In this document: in pieces, positions 10,230 through 18,112 of the stretch
Position numbering within the stretch: position 1 is the first letter of the stretch
Layout: each line of letters begins with the position of its first letter
Source: Cronobacter phage JK004
Strand: one strand, 5' to 3'
Sequence record: MZ188976.1
DNA: 24,000 nt
Translations under genes and position numbers: made by a program
The notes under the pieces: model-generated
The model's input: only the letters and a program-made list of their open reading frames with translations
Database searches by the model: none
What the model was told of the DNA's origin: nothing

Positions 10230-11244
10230 CGTTCTGAAGACGGTAACTGACCGTTTTTGTCTGTATAAAAACGCACGCACCGGCCGCCAGAACGGCCGTA
10301 AATACGTGCTGGGAGCGGTAAAGGCCATGCTGGAAAGCAGAGAGACGCAGGAGGGGCTGCGTCTCGGCGAGCTGTATGGTTACTATGGCCACGGGCGCCG
10401 CGAAATGACCGGTAAACTGGAGCTGCCGGAAACCAGCGTGATCATGGTAGAAGGCCGCCCGGTTGTTATCGACAACGTGCCAGCCTGCCGCACGGTATCC
10501 ATCTCCGTTGATGACAACGGCGTTGTGACCCATACGCAGGAAATTCTCAACACCGAACCCGGCAAAATCGTTGCGGCGATGATTGAAAGCCGTGCAGGTG
10601 GCTGGAGCTGGGCGACCGGCGGCCGCCAGGCGGGCAATATCGCCGTTACCACCAGTTTCCACGGCGTGGACTATGTAACCAACCCGAACTATGTGAGCCT
10701 CGATCACCCGGCGAGCGCGGGCATGTTCGAAAGCGCAGACGCACAATCACTTCTCGCCGAGTCGCTGGCCGCTCACGGCTACTCTGATGAATCGGTGCAG
10801 GCGGTGATCAGCCACTACGGTAAGCTGGCGGAGCTGGAGCTGATGATAGAAGCGACTGAGCGCAACGCGGAGCTGGAAACGGCGCTGCTGGAAAGCCAGG
10901 GGCGCTATCTGGAAGCGCAGATGCGCCAGAAAGAAGCTGAAGATCGGATCGCCCTGCTGGAAAGCGCGGCGGGCGTGCGTGATGATGTGCTGGTGGCCAT
11001 TCAGAACGAACTTGATAAGCTGCCGATTTTTGTAACCAGCAGCCAGAAAGAGGCCTTTAAGTTGAAGCACCCGGACGATGCGGCTGTTGTAGCGTCGCTG
11101 TTCGAATCGTTGATTAAGGTCGGCGCTCGCCATCTCCCGCTGACGCCACCAGCTGAAATCTCACAGCCGCAGCCGCGCCAGAAGGTGCCTGAACATTCCA
11201 GCATGATTACCTTCGGCAAGCCTACAAATCCCTTCACCAAATAA
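10222..11244 (+). CDS. pro: Head-processing protein / prohead protease (P1 Pro-like), 340 aa
   Basis: [21 protein letters not shown]...; ATG overlaps the prt stop and has a GAGGG SD; the ORF track start at 10186 is probably too early. Confidence 0.75.
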   Translation: MTDVLKTVTDRFCLYKNARTGRQNGRKYVLGAVKAMLESRETQEGLRLGELYGYYGHGRREMTGKLELPETSVIMVEGRPVVIDNVPACRTVSISVDDNGVVTHTQEILNTEPGKIVAAMIESRAGGWSWATGGRQAGNIAVTTSFHGVDYVTNPNYVSLDHPASAGMFESADAQSLLAESLAAHGYSDESVQAVISHYGKLAELELMIEATERNAELETALLESQGRYLEAQMRQKEAEDRIALLESAAGVRDDVLVAIQNELDKLPIFVTSSQKEAFKLKHPDDAAVVASLFESLIKVGARHLPLTPPAEISQPQPRQKVPEHSSMITFGKPTNPFTK

Positions 11245-11258
11245 ATTATTAGAACAAT
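11242..11258 (-). promoter_or_regulatory. C1-repressor operator-like site overlapping the pro stop codon
   Basis: Minus strand ATTGTTCTAATAATTTA, 14/17 to consensus. Confidence 0.45.
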
Positions 11259-11259
11259 C

Positions 11260-11298
11260 ACGGGTTGCGATCTGCAACCCGTTGTTGTTTAATTTGCC
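11260..11298 (+). terminator. Terminator-like hairpin after pro
   Basis: ACGGGTTGC-GATCT-GCAACCCGT followed by TGTTGTTTAATTT. Confidence 0.65.
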
Positions 11299-11311
11299 CC
11301 GCCGGACGATA

Positions 11312-11340
11312 CAAAAAAAAACCCCGGCGGCAGCCGGGGT
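11312..11340 (-). terminator. Strong minus-strand rho-independent terminator
   Basis: Minus strand ACCCCGGC-TGCC-GCCGGGGT followed by about 8 T residues; + strand lacks a T tract. Confidence 0.75.
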
Positions 11341-11382
11341 GAGTCGTATCAATTTAGAAAAATATCATTTGCGAGGTAAATA

Positions 11383-12405
11383 ATGCCATATTGCGCTGTT
11401 AAAAACAAAACTTTTTCATTTAATAATGACGGTTCTTTCAATCAGTTCGGCCTGAAAAGTGTGATTCAGGAGATCTCTCCAAAGTTACTCCGACCGTCTG
11501 AAAAATACATCCTGATGTTTGCCAGCGAACACGCCACCGCCAGCGATAAGCTCTGTATCTTCAAATCCCTTCAAACCATTGCTGATGATTGTGGTGTCAG
11601 CAAAGACACCGTTCGTCGTTGTCTCACTCGTTGCGTTGAAATGGGCATACTCACAAAAGAGTTTGTGATCGATGAAACAACCGGTAAGCAGAAGCCCTGC
11701 CTGTATACTTACACTCCGCTTTTCATCCGGATTGCAAAGGCGTTCCGTCGTCTTGCCGACAAGCTCAAAAGCCGTCGCCAAAAAGATTTCAAAGATGCTC
11801 GCACCCGCTTTAACACCCTGCTCGAACGTATGGTGTTCCGTGTCAAACTTGGTCTTTCCTCACTGAAAAACAAGCTCTTTTCGAAGGGATACCCTCCTAA
11901 ATCTGCCGTAAAACAGGGGTTGCAAAACGCTACCCAGGAGGGTGGCAAAATAGAGCCCAATAAAGTAATTACTGATAAAGTAAATAAATACACAGCCACT
12001 GACGTCAGCGCGAAGCGCGACGCAGCTGGCGATCAAGAAATTCAAAACACAGAACGCAAAGGCAAGCCAGAAAATGGGGCTGTCCGCTTCTTTCAAGATC
12101 TCGCAAAAAATTTATCATCCATTGCCACACGCAGAATGGAGGAAAAACTAAAATTAAGTAAAAACTTTGCGTTAGAACAAAAGAATTCCAAACACGGCAA
12201 GCCACAGGCAGAGCGCCGTGCTGGGAAAGCCACACAGGAAGGGTTTAACCATACCCGCTTCCAGGAAGCCGATCGGATAGCGGAACAGCAATGGGAAGAG
12301 CGCCAGCGGATCGCGCGTGATAACCCACGAGAAAAACAGATTCAAAAGCTCGCAGAAATCAGGGCTCTTCTGGATAATGCGAAGGCACAAAAGGTAGGAA
12401 TATGA
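11383..12405 (+). CDS. Helix-turn-helix protein, candidate replication initiator or primosomal-type protein, 340 aa
   Basis: N-terminal HTH-like region TIADDCGVSKDTVRRCLTRCVEMGILTKEF...; long basic/polar C-terminus; SD GAGG upstream. Confidence 0.65.
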   Translation: MPYCAVKNKTFSFNNDGSFNQFGLKSVIQEISPKLLRPSEKYILMFASEHATASDKLCIFKSLQTIADDCGVSKDTVRRCLTRCVEMGILTKEFVIDETTGKQKPCLYTYTPLFIRIAKAFRRLADKLKSRRQKDFKDARTRFNTLLERMVFRVKLGLSSLKNKLFSKGYPPKSAVKQGLQNATQEGGKIEPNKVITDKVNKYTATDVSAKRDAAGDQEIQNTERKGKPENGAVRFFQDLAKNLSSIATRRMEEKLKLSKNFALEQKNSKHGKPQAERRAGKATQEGFNHTRFQEADRIAEQQWEERQRIARDNPREKQIQKLAEIRALLDNAKAQKVGI

Positions 12406-12935
12406 TGGAAACCAAAACCCGCACGCTTAAAAAAATTCTCGTACCAGGTGAAAACGGACTGGTACGCCCGAGGACAAAAGCCCGCCCCGCGGGTAAGCGT
12501 CCGACAAAGGTCAAAAAGCTGGATTTGAAGGATGTACGCCCGCACCAGCGCAAGCTGATCAACCACTGGCCTGATCTGTACCGTAACGGTCGTATTCTGC
12601 CGGTTGCAGTCGGCATCCGTGAAGCGATGGTGGAGGATCTGAAAGCGCGCGGCATCACAATCAATCCGAAGCGGATCGCAAGCGAACTGTCATCGGCGCT
12701 GAATACCGAAAACTATCAGCGGCGCATCCTCTTCATGAAGCACCGTTATGGCTTGGATGGTAAGCCGGTCGCGGAGATCACCGACCAGGAGCGCGAGTAC
12801 GCGTATCAGAAGCTGGCTGCCAAAATGACGGAACGTGGACGCACACCGCCGCGCCCTGGATTCTGGAAAGCAAAAAAGGCCTTCCGCAAAAAGCCGAAAG
12901 GCCAGAAACCAGTTAAACCTGCTTCCTCCTCCTAA
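12402..12935 (+). CDS. FinO/ProQ-family RNA chaperone, 177 aa
   Basis: LPVAVGIREAMVEDLKARG...ASELSSALNTENYQRRILFMKHRYGLDGKPVAEITDQEREYAYQKLAAKM matches the FinO/ProQ domain pattern; basic Lys/Pro-rich tails; ATGA overlap with the upstream ORF. Confidence 0.85.
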   Translation: MMETKTRTLKKILVPGENGLVRPRTKARPAGKRPTKVKKLDLKDVRPHQRKLINHWPDLYRNGRILPVAVGIREAMVEDLKARGITINPKRIASELSSALNTENYQRRILFMKHRYGLDGKPVAEITDQEREYAYQKLAAKMTERGRTPPRPGFWKAKKAFRKKPKGQKPVKPASSS

Positions 12936-13167
12936 AATATTTACGCGCCGCACGGCGGGGGCAATCTGAAGTGGTTCCCCCCTGCTGCATCAGGCGCGCC
13001 GCCATACTCAGGAACGTCAGACAGAGCCGCATCCCGGCATAAAGCAGCGGATCCAATGGCCATGTTTCATTCCAGACCGAAACTGCCATGAAAATGGAGT
13101 CACACACGATTGCCGCCAGGGACAGCTTCATCGTCGAAAGGCGGCGAAGCTGGCGACGTTTATTCAT
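12913..13167 (-). CDS. lydD: LydD-like holin candidate, 84 aa, with possible dual start
   Basis: MNKRRQLRRLSTMKLSLAAIVCDSIFMAVSVWNETWPLDPLLYAGMRLCLTFLSMAARLMQQGG...; two hydrophobic helices; ATG overlaps the lyz stop. The ORF track start 13251 is too early. Confidence 0.6.
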   Translation of the reverse strand: MNKRRQLRRLSTMKLSLAAIVCDSIFMAVSVWNETWPLDPLLYAGMRLCLTFLSMAARLMQQGGTTSDCPRRAARKYFRRRKQV

Positions 13168-13717
13168 TGCCGAGCCCTGCCAAACAAAGCTGGCGCTCTT
13201 TCTCCCGGCGAATCTCAAGCCCTCGCAACCGCACGCCACCAGCATTAACAAAATCCGGCAGGTGATTGCACATATTTACCCAATTCCCGGCCTGCGCCCA
13301 TTTATGGATCGACGTCTCAACGCGGCGCTGCTGCGCTTTGCTGTAGTAGGTTCGCAGGCTCCCACATCCCATATTGAACGCAGCGCTGGTCATTGCGCTG
13401 AATGTATTGTCGGGCATGTCCTTGCCCCGGAAATGCTGATCAATACAGCGCTCCGCAACCAGAATGTTTTTTTCCCAATCGGCGGCAATCTGCTGGTCCG
13501 TCTTTCTCACGCCTGGTTTAACGTTGTGGGTATTGCCTACGCCGTCCGTCCACTTCCCAGCGGGGCAAACATACGGATCGCGCCGGCACTGTTCGGCATT
13601 ACCGATCAGCTCCAGCCCCGCCTCGTTGGTACGCACCGTTCCATGCCCTAGGACGATGCTGATCATCATCCCAATGGCGCAAATGGCGCTCCCGCCCACT
13701 GCTGTCTTTTTTTTCAT
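13160..13717 (-). CDS. lyz: P1-type SAR endolysin (lysozyme), 185 aa
   Basis: N-terminal SAR segment AVGGSAICAIGMMISIVLG; Cys13, Cys44, Cys51 and Glu42 in the arrangement of P1 Lyz. Confidence 0.95.
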   Translation of the reverse strand: MKKKTAVGGSAICAIGMMISIVLGHGTVRTNEAGLELIGNAEQCRRDPYVCPAGKWTDGVGNTHNVKPGVRKTDQQIAADWEKNILVAERCIDQHFRGKDMPDNTFSAMTSAAFNMGCGSLRTYYSKAQQRRVETSIHKWAQAGNWVNMCNHLPDFVNAGGVRLRGLEIRREKERQLCLAGLGNE

Positions 13718-13775
13718 CTTTCAGCCTCACAAGTGATCTGCTTTACGATTACCACTCGACCACTCATGCAAGCGC

Positions 13776-13799
13776 ACGCGCCTCCGGGCGCGTTTTTTT
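13776..13799 (+). terminator. Rho-independent terminator between lyz and ssb
   Basis: ACGCGCC-TCCG-GGCGCGT followed by TTTTTT. Confidence 0.75.
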
Positions 13800-13857
13800 G
13801 GCTGGTGGGAAATCGTATCCCAAATCGCTTGTTGAACGTCTACCGAAGCGTTATTTT

Positions 13858-13874
13858 ATTGCTCTAATAATTAT
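13858..13874 (+). promoter_or_regulatory. C1-repressor operator-like site upstream of ssb
   Basis: ATTGCTCTAATAATTAT, 15/17 to consensus. Confidence 0.7.
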
Positions 13875-13895
13875 TGTTTTTAAGGACCTTAATCA

Positions 13896-14435
13896 GTGGC
13901 ACAGCGCGGTGTAAACAAAGTCATTTTGGTGGGCACGCTCGGACAAGATCCTGAAGTGCGTTACATGCAGGGCAATAAAGCGGTGGCTAATCTCAGTCTG
14001 GCCACAAACGAAAGCTGGCGCGATAAACAGACCGGCGAAATGAAAGAGAAAACGGAGTGGCACCGCGTCGTGCTGTTCGGCAAGCTGGCGGAAGTGGCTG
14101 GTGAATACTTAAAGAAAGGTGCCCAAGTCTACATCGAGGGTCAGCTTCGCACGCGCAAATGGACGGACCAGACCGGTGTTGAGAAGTACACCACAGAGAT
14201 TGTCGTAGGGCAGAACGGCTCTATGCAGATGCTCGGCGGCCGCCAAGGCAGCGGCGCTGGCGCAGGTGGCCAGCAGCAAAGTGGATGGGGGCAGCCACAG
14301 CAGCCGCAGGGCGGCCAGCAGTTTAGCGGGGGTGGCCCTGCCCAGCACAGCGAACCGCCGATGGACTTTGATGACGACATTCCGTTTGCGCCGATTGGCC
14401 TACCCTTCCCCCGCCACGCTATCTACAGCCTTTAA
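13896..14435 (+). CDS. ssb: Single-stranded DNA-binding protein with C-terminal extension, GTG start, 179 aa
   Basis: [41 protein letters not shown]... typical SSB OB fold; C-terminus [24 protein letters not shown]. Confidence 0.95.
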   Translation: MAQRGVNKVILVGTLGQDPEVRYMQGNKAVANLSLATNESWRDKQTGEMKEKTEWHRVVLFGKLAEVAGEYLKKGAQVYIEGQLRTRKWTDQTGVEKYTTEIVVGQNGSMQMLGGRQGSGAGAGGQQQSGWGQPQQPQGGQQFSGGGPAQHSEPPMDFDDDIPFAPIGLPFPRHAIYSL

Positions 14436-14466
14436 GAAAAAAGCCCGCATTTTGCGGGCTTTCACG
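14435..14466. terminator. Bidirectional terminator between convergent ssb and the ddr operon end
   Basis: AAAAAAGCCCGC-ATTTT-GCGGGCTTT. Confidence 0.75.
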
Positions 14467-14757
14467 TTAGTTGACGCGTTGTTCTCCATCCGTATCGTAG
14501 CCATACGATTCGTCGTCATCGCCTTCTACTTCAGGCCAATCCACCAGCCAGCCAGCGATCTCGGCGCTACGCAGAACAAAGCTACACTCGGCGTCCATGG
14601 TATTTACGGTGCCGGTAGCGGAATTAGGCCGCAGAGCGCGGATTGCTTCAGCGATCTCTGCCAGCGACACATCGCCTGTAACCTTAGTGATCGGTCCGTC
14701 CTCAAACTCCACTGCTCCCTCTCGACCATCGGGAGACGTGATCTTAATGGTTTCCAT
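14467..14757 (-). CDS. Very acidic 96-aa hypothetical protein, last gene of the dar/ddr operon
   Basis: METIKITSPDGREGAVEFEDGPITKV...EVEGDDDESYGYDTDGEQRVN; overlaps the ddrB stop by 14 nt. Confidence 0.7.
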   Translation of the reverse strand: METIKITSPDGREGAVEFEDGPITKVTGDVSLAEIAEAIRALRPNSATGTVNTMDAECSFVLRSAEIAGWLVDWPEVEGDDDESYGYDTDGEQRVN

Positions 14758-17740
14758 CGTGTAGCTCCTTCACGCAGCCCAGCGCCAGCTCAAGCAAGCC
14801 ATCATTATTGATGATAGACCTCGCGGCCATATCTTTATCGCGGTAAAGCTGAAGCGCCATAGAAAATACCTCCGTGCTGCTGCACTTCATCAGGCTTGGT
14901 TTCTCGGAAGAGATGCTGCCGGACGGGTTAACCTTGTTGTTCATGTAAATTTTCGAGACGTACTTACGGCTAAGAGACGTCCGGACAAAGTATTCTGGTT
15001 TCCGGCGGTTTCCTAAATTGCCGTAAGTTACAGAGGATGAGAGGCTTTTCGACTTCAGGAACGAGCGGGCCTTTTCCAGCAATGCCGGATTGGAAAACTC
15101 CAGGTGGTGCCCTACTTCATGCCAAAGCACATGCACGTCGTCAGTGGAGCCATCCAGCACGATCTCCCCTCTTTCGTTAGCATACGCGCGCACACGATCG
15201 GCATGCTCGATGCTTTTCAGCGTGCCGAGCTTCCCACCGGTCAGCCGGTAGATGCTCTTCAGCTCACGCTTAATATCAATGGGCGCCCGCCACTCATGCG
15301 GCCCACTGAATTTTTCCGCCAGCTGGTCATCCAGCTTCACGCCGGATACCCACGTTTCCGCCTGCTCTTCATCGACCGTTGATTGTTCGATCACTGCGTC
15401 AAAAGCTGCCTGCACCTTACCGTGGATTTTGTCTACCAGGCTCGGTGAAAGCCCGTTTCTGAACGAGGCTACAATATCCATCAGGCGCAGCGCCCTGCTA
15501 TCATTGTCGCCATATTGACTCGCAACGTTGCGCTGTAGAACACGCAGCGAGTTATACAGGGATGTGTTTTTTTCGCTTATGGCGTCATAGAGATACCGCC
15601 CCAGCTTTTCTTCGTCGTCGATTACCTTGTTGATCTCGGAGATGTAAAAATCCAGCAGGTAGCGAGTGTCATTATCCACCACATCCAGATCCAGCACATA
15701 CTCAAAATCTGCCTGCCAGCCCTCCGCCCTATCTTTGATGGCGATCGGCTTGTTCAGGCCTGCTACCGCTGCAATATCCTTACCGGTAGTCATGACGCCT
15801 GTAATATCGCGCGCGTCGTCGGTAATGGCCTTACTCATGGCCTGAAATGCCTTCATGACCTTCAGCGGGTTGTCAGCACGCGCCAGCGCCTTATCGAATT
15901 TCGCCAGGTAATTTGGTGCGATGCCTGAACGCTCATGAGCCCACGAAAGCGACGCAGCTTTCAATTCGCTAAGCGTTAAATCATGGAATGAGGTGTGATC
16001 GCCGAAAAGCCGATCCAGACGGCTGATCACCATGCTAAGCGGCGCTGTAGTAGCGGTTGCTGCCAAAAACTCTTTGACGCGATAAGGCACCGCCTTATCC
16101 CACTCCAGCGCCGGCGGCAACTCACGATTTCGTATCGCTGCTTTGATCGCTTCAAACGCCGGAGTGCTGTAAGTGGCCATGCGTTGCAGTGTCGGAAGCG
16201 CGTTCTTGCTGATACCCAGCTCCTGGACCCAGTTCAACACTTCACTTGGCATCAGGTTGAGGTAAAACCCCAGCGCCGCCACGGCATTATTATCGTCAGG
16301 CTCAGGTTTTGAAACGAGCTTAACCAGACTGATCAGGTCGTCAATGCCATTCGCGTTGCGCAGCAGCATGCCGATGTACGCCCCCACATTTGAGTATTGG
16401 CCACCAGCACCGACAGCCTCAAATAAGCCGCCAGTCATTCCCTGCATCCCTTCGCTTTCCAGTTGGTCAGACACGTGGCGGAGAATATCCTGAAGCGATG
16501 CCTCACCGCCGCCGAACATATCCCCCAGCGCCTGGCCTTGGTGCTGCAATTCTTCATTGATGCGCTGCGCCATCAGCTTAAACGCGGTGGCCATACGTTT
16601 CGCGCTGCGGTTGTTTGCCACGATAAACAGCGCCAGCGCTTTTACCTCCGGCGCTGTCTCATTGAACATATCGCCCTGTGCGATCACGTCGCTGATATGC
16701 TGGCCAGACTCTTTCGCCTGCCGCACCAGGTCTACCGCATCTTTGAGCGCCGATAGCGCCCTTTTATCCAGGGAATCGACAGTCTCAATACCATCAACGA
16801 GGGTATTTACAGCCTGCTTATGCGCCTCCCCGGAGATGGCCTGCATTTGCACGAAGTCACTCGCGGCGGCGTTCAGGGCCGTCAGCACGTTACGCATATC
16901 AGGATCCGGCTCTTCGGCCACCATTCGCACCAGGCGCGCATCTTTATACGCCTTCGCAAAAATAGCGTTCTGCACGCGGTCAACCAGCTGCCGGGTTGGC
17001 CGCCCGTCTTCCGTAACCAGCCCCGCCGCCTGCGTTGCGCCGACTTGCGTCATGAAGCCACGGATAAAGGCGTCATTGCTTCGACTAAGCAGATCACCAC
17101 TCTCGGACGGGTTAAATAGCGACATCATGCCTGGGGTGATGCTGTCTGCGTCTACGAAGGCCTTTTCACTGGCTGCCATCTCCTGGAGATCAGAGATATT
17201 AGAGTCTTTCGCAAACTGTACCCGGTCTACTTTCGTCAGACGCCGGCGCACTAATACCGGTGCTGCCATCGAGGAAACTTTTTCCGGGCTCAGGCCATAA
17301 TCAACGGCATGTTCGATCAGGTAGTCGCGATATTTATCGGCGATCCCGTCCTGGTAGGCCTTGATGATGCCCATTGTGCGGCCATTCCCCGACTCTACAG
17401 CGTTGTCCTCACCGATAATCGGCGCGCCGTGGCTCGACAAGCCTGAATCGGTTAACTGCGCCGGGCGGAGGTCTTTGGAGATCTGGTTAACCTGTAAGAG
17501 GCTGGATGCGCGAGTACGATCGCGCGGTTGTAACTCTTGGGGGTACGCTGGATTTATTTTCCCGTCCAGCGTATTGGAAACGAGGAGCGCGGCGGCATCA
17601 ACAATGTCAAAAGCCGTTTTTACCTCATCGCCTTTCGCCGTCACCACATAGGAAACCCGCCCGTATTCGGGCAGGTTCTTCAGCAGTTCAACCAGCGTGA
17701 TTATGCTGGTGGCCATGGCCACCTGTTCGCGTAAGCTCAT
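14744..17740 (-). CDS. ddrB: DdrB-like polyvalent protein, 998 aa (ParB-like N-terminal domain, zincin motif near C-terminus)
   Basis: N-terminal DNAVESGNGRTMGI... resembles the ddrB-like ParB domain; C-terminal LWHEVGHHLEF (HExxH) at about 15098-15121; synteny with P1. Confidence 0.8.
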   Translation of the reverse strand: MSLREQVAMATSIITLVELLKNLPEYGRVSYVVTAKGDEVKTAFDIVDAAALLVSNTLDGKINPAYPQELQPRDRTRASSLLQVNQISKDLRPAQLTDSGLSSHGAPIIGEDNAVESGNGRTMGIIKAYQDGIADKYRDYLIEHAVDYGLSPEKVSSMAAPVLVRRRLTKVDRVQFAKDSNISDLQEMAASEKAFVDADSITPGMMSLFNPSESGDLLSRSNDAFIRGFMTQVGATQAAGLVTEDGRPTRQLVDRVQNAIFAKAYKDARLVRMVAEEPDPDMRNVLTALNAAASDFVQMQAISGEAHKQAVNTLVDGIETVDSLDKRALSALKDAVDLVRQAKESGQHISDVIAQGDMFNETAPEVKALALFIVANNRSAKRMATAFKLMAQRINEELQHQGQALGDMFGGGEASLQDILRHVSDQLESEGMQGMTGGLFEAVGAGGQYSNVGAYIGMLLRNANGIDDLISLVKLVSKPEPDDNNAVAALGFYLNLMPSEVLNWVQELGISKNALPTLQRMATYSTPAFEAIKAAIRNRELPPALEWDKAVPYRVKEFLAATATTAPLSMVISRLDRLFGDHTSFHDLTLSELKAASLSWAHERSGIAPNYLAKFDKALARADNPLKVMKAFQAMSKAITDDARDITGVMTTGKDIAAVAGLNKPIAIKDRAEGWQADFEYVLDLDVVDNDTRYLLDFYISEINKVIDDEEKLGRYLYDAISEKNTSLYNSLRVLQRNVASQYGDNDSRALRLMDIVASFRNGLSPSLVDKIHGKVQAAFDAVIEQSTVDEEQAETWVSGVKLDDQLAEKFSGPHEWRAPIDIKRELKSIYRLTGGKLGTLKSIEHADRVRAYANERGEIVLDGSTDDVHVLWHEVGHHLEFSNPALLEKARSFLKSKSLSSSVTYGNLGNRRKPEYFVRTSLSRKYVSKIYMNNKVNPSGSISSEKPSLMKCSSTEVFSMALQLYRDKDMAARSIINNDGLLELALGCVKELHDGNH

Positions 17741-17752
17741 CCCTGCGTCGCC

Positions 17753-18112
17753 TTATGCTGCCTCTTGCACGTTGGCGTCAATCCATGACGCCGTGTGTTG
17801 TTTAACCTGATCCAGATCGATATAAGTACCAACGTACTGGCTCAGGTCCTGGAGCGTGCTGATAAACGCTTCAGAGTTTTGCTTCAGGAATTTATCCGCC
17901 AGAAAATCGGCAACCAGCTGCGGCACGTTGTCGGTCGGCGGCAGTTCTTCCGGATTAGCGCCGGTGGCGGCGCCGTATCCCATCTGCTGCATTACCTGAT
18001 CAATCTCATCACTGACATCCAGCAGATCCAGCCCGGTCGCGGTCGCCGCCTTTGACATGAGCTCATCGAGCTTGTCACTCAGATCCATCAATTCAAGTGC
18101 GGAGAGCTTCAT
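17753..18112 (-). CDS. ddrA: DdrA-like protein, 119 aa
   Basis: Between the darA-like and ddrB-like genes; ATGA overlap with darA. Confidence 0.6.
   Translation of the reverse strand: MKLSALELMDLSDKLDELMSKAATATGLDLLDVSDEIDQVMQQMGYGAATGANPEELPPTDNVPQLVADFLADKFLKQNSEAFISTLQDLSQYVGTYIDLDQVKQHTASWIDANVQEAA

Noticed and set aside
13088-13651. 187-aa plus-strand ORF
   Set aside because: Antisense to the clearly conserved lyz gene.
14266-14811. 181-aa plus-strand ORF overlapping ssb in another frame
   Set aside because: Crosses the ssb/ddr terminator and conflicts with better-supported genes on both sides.
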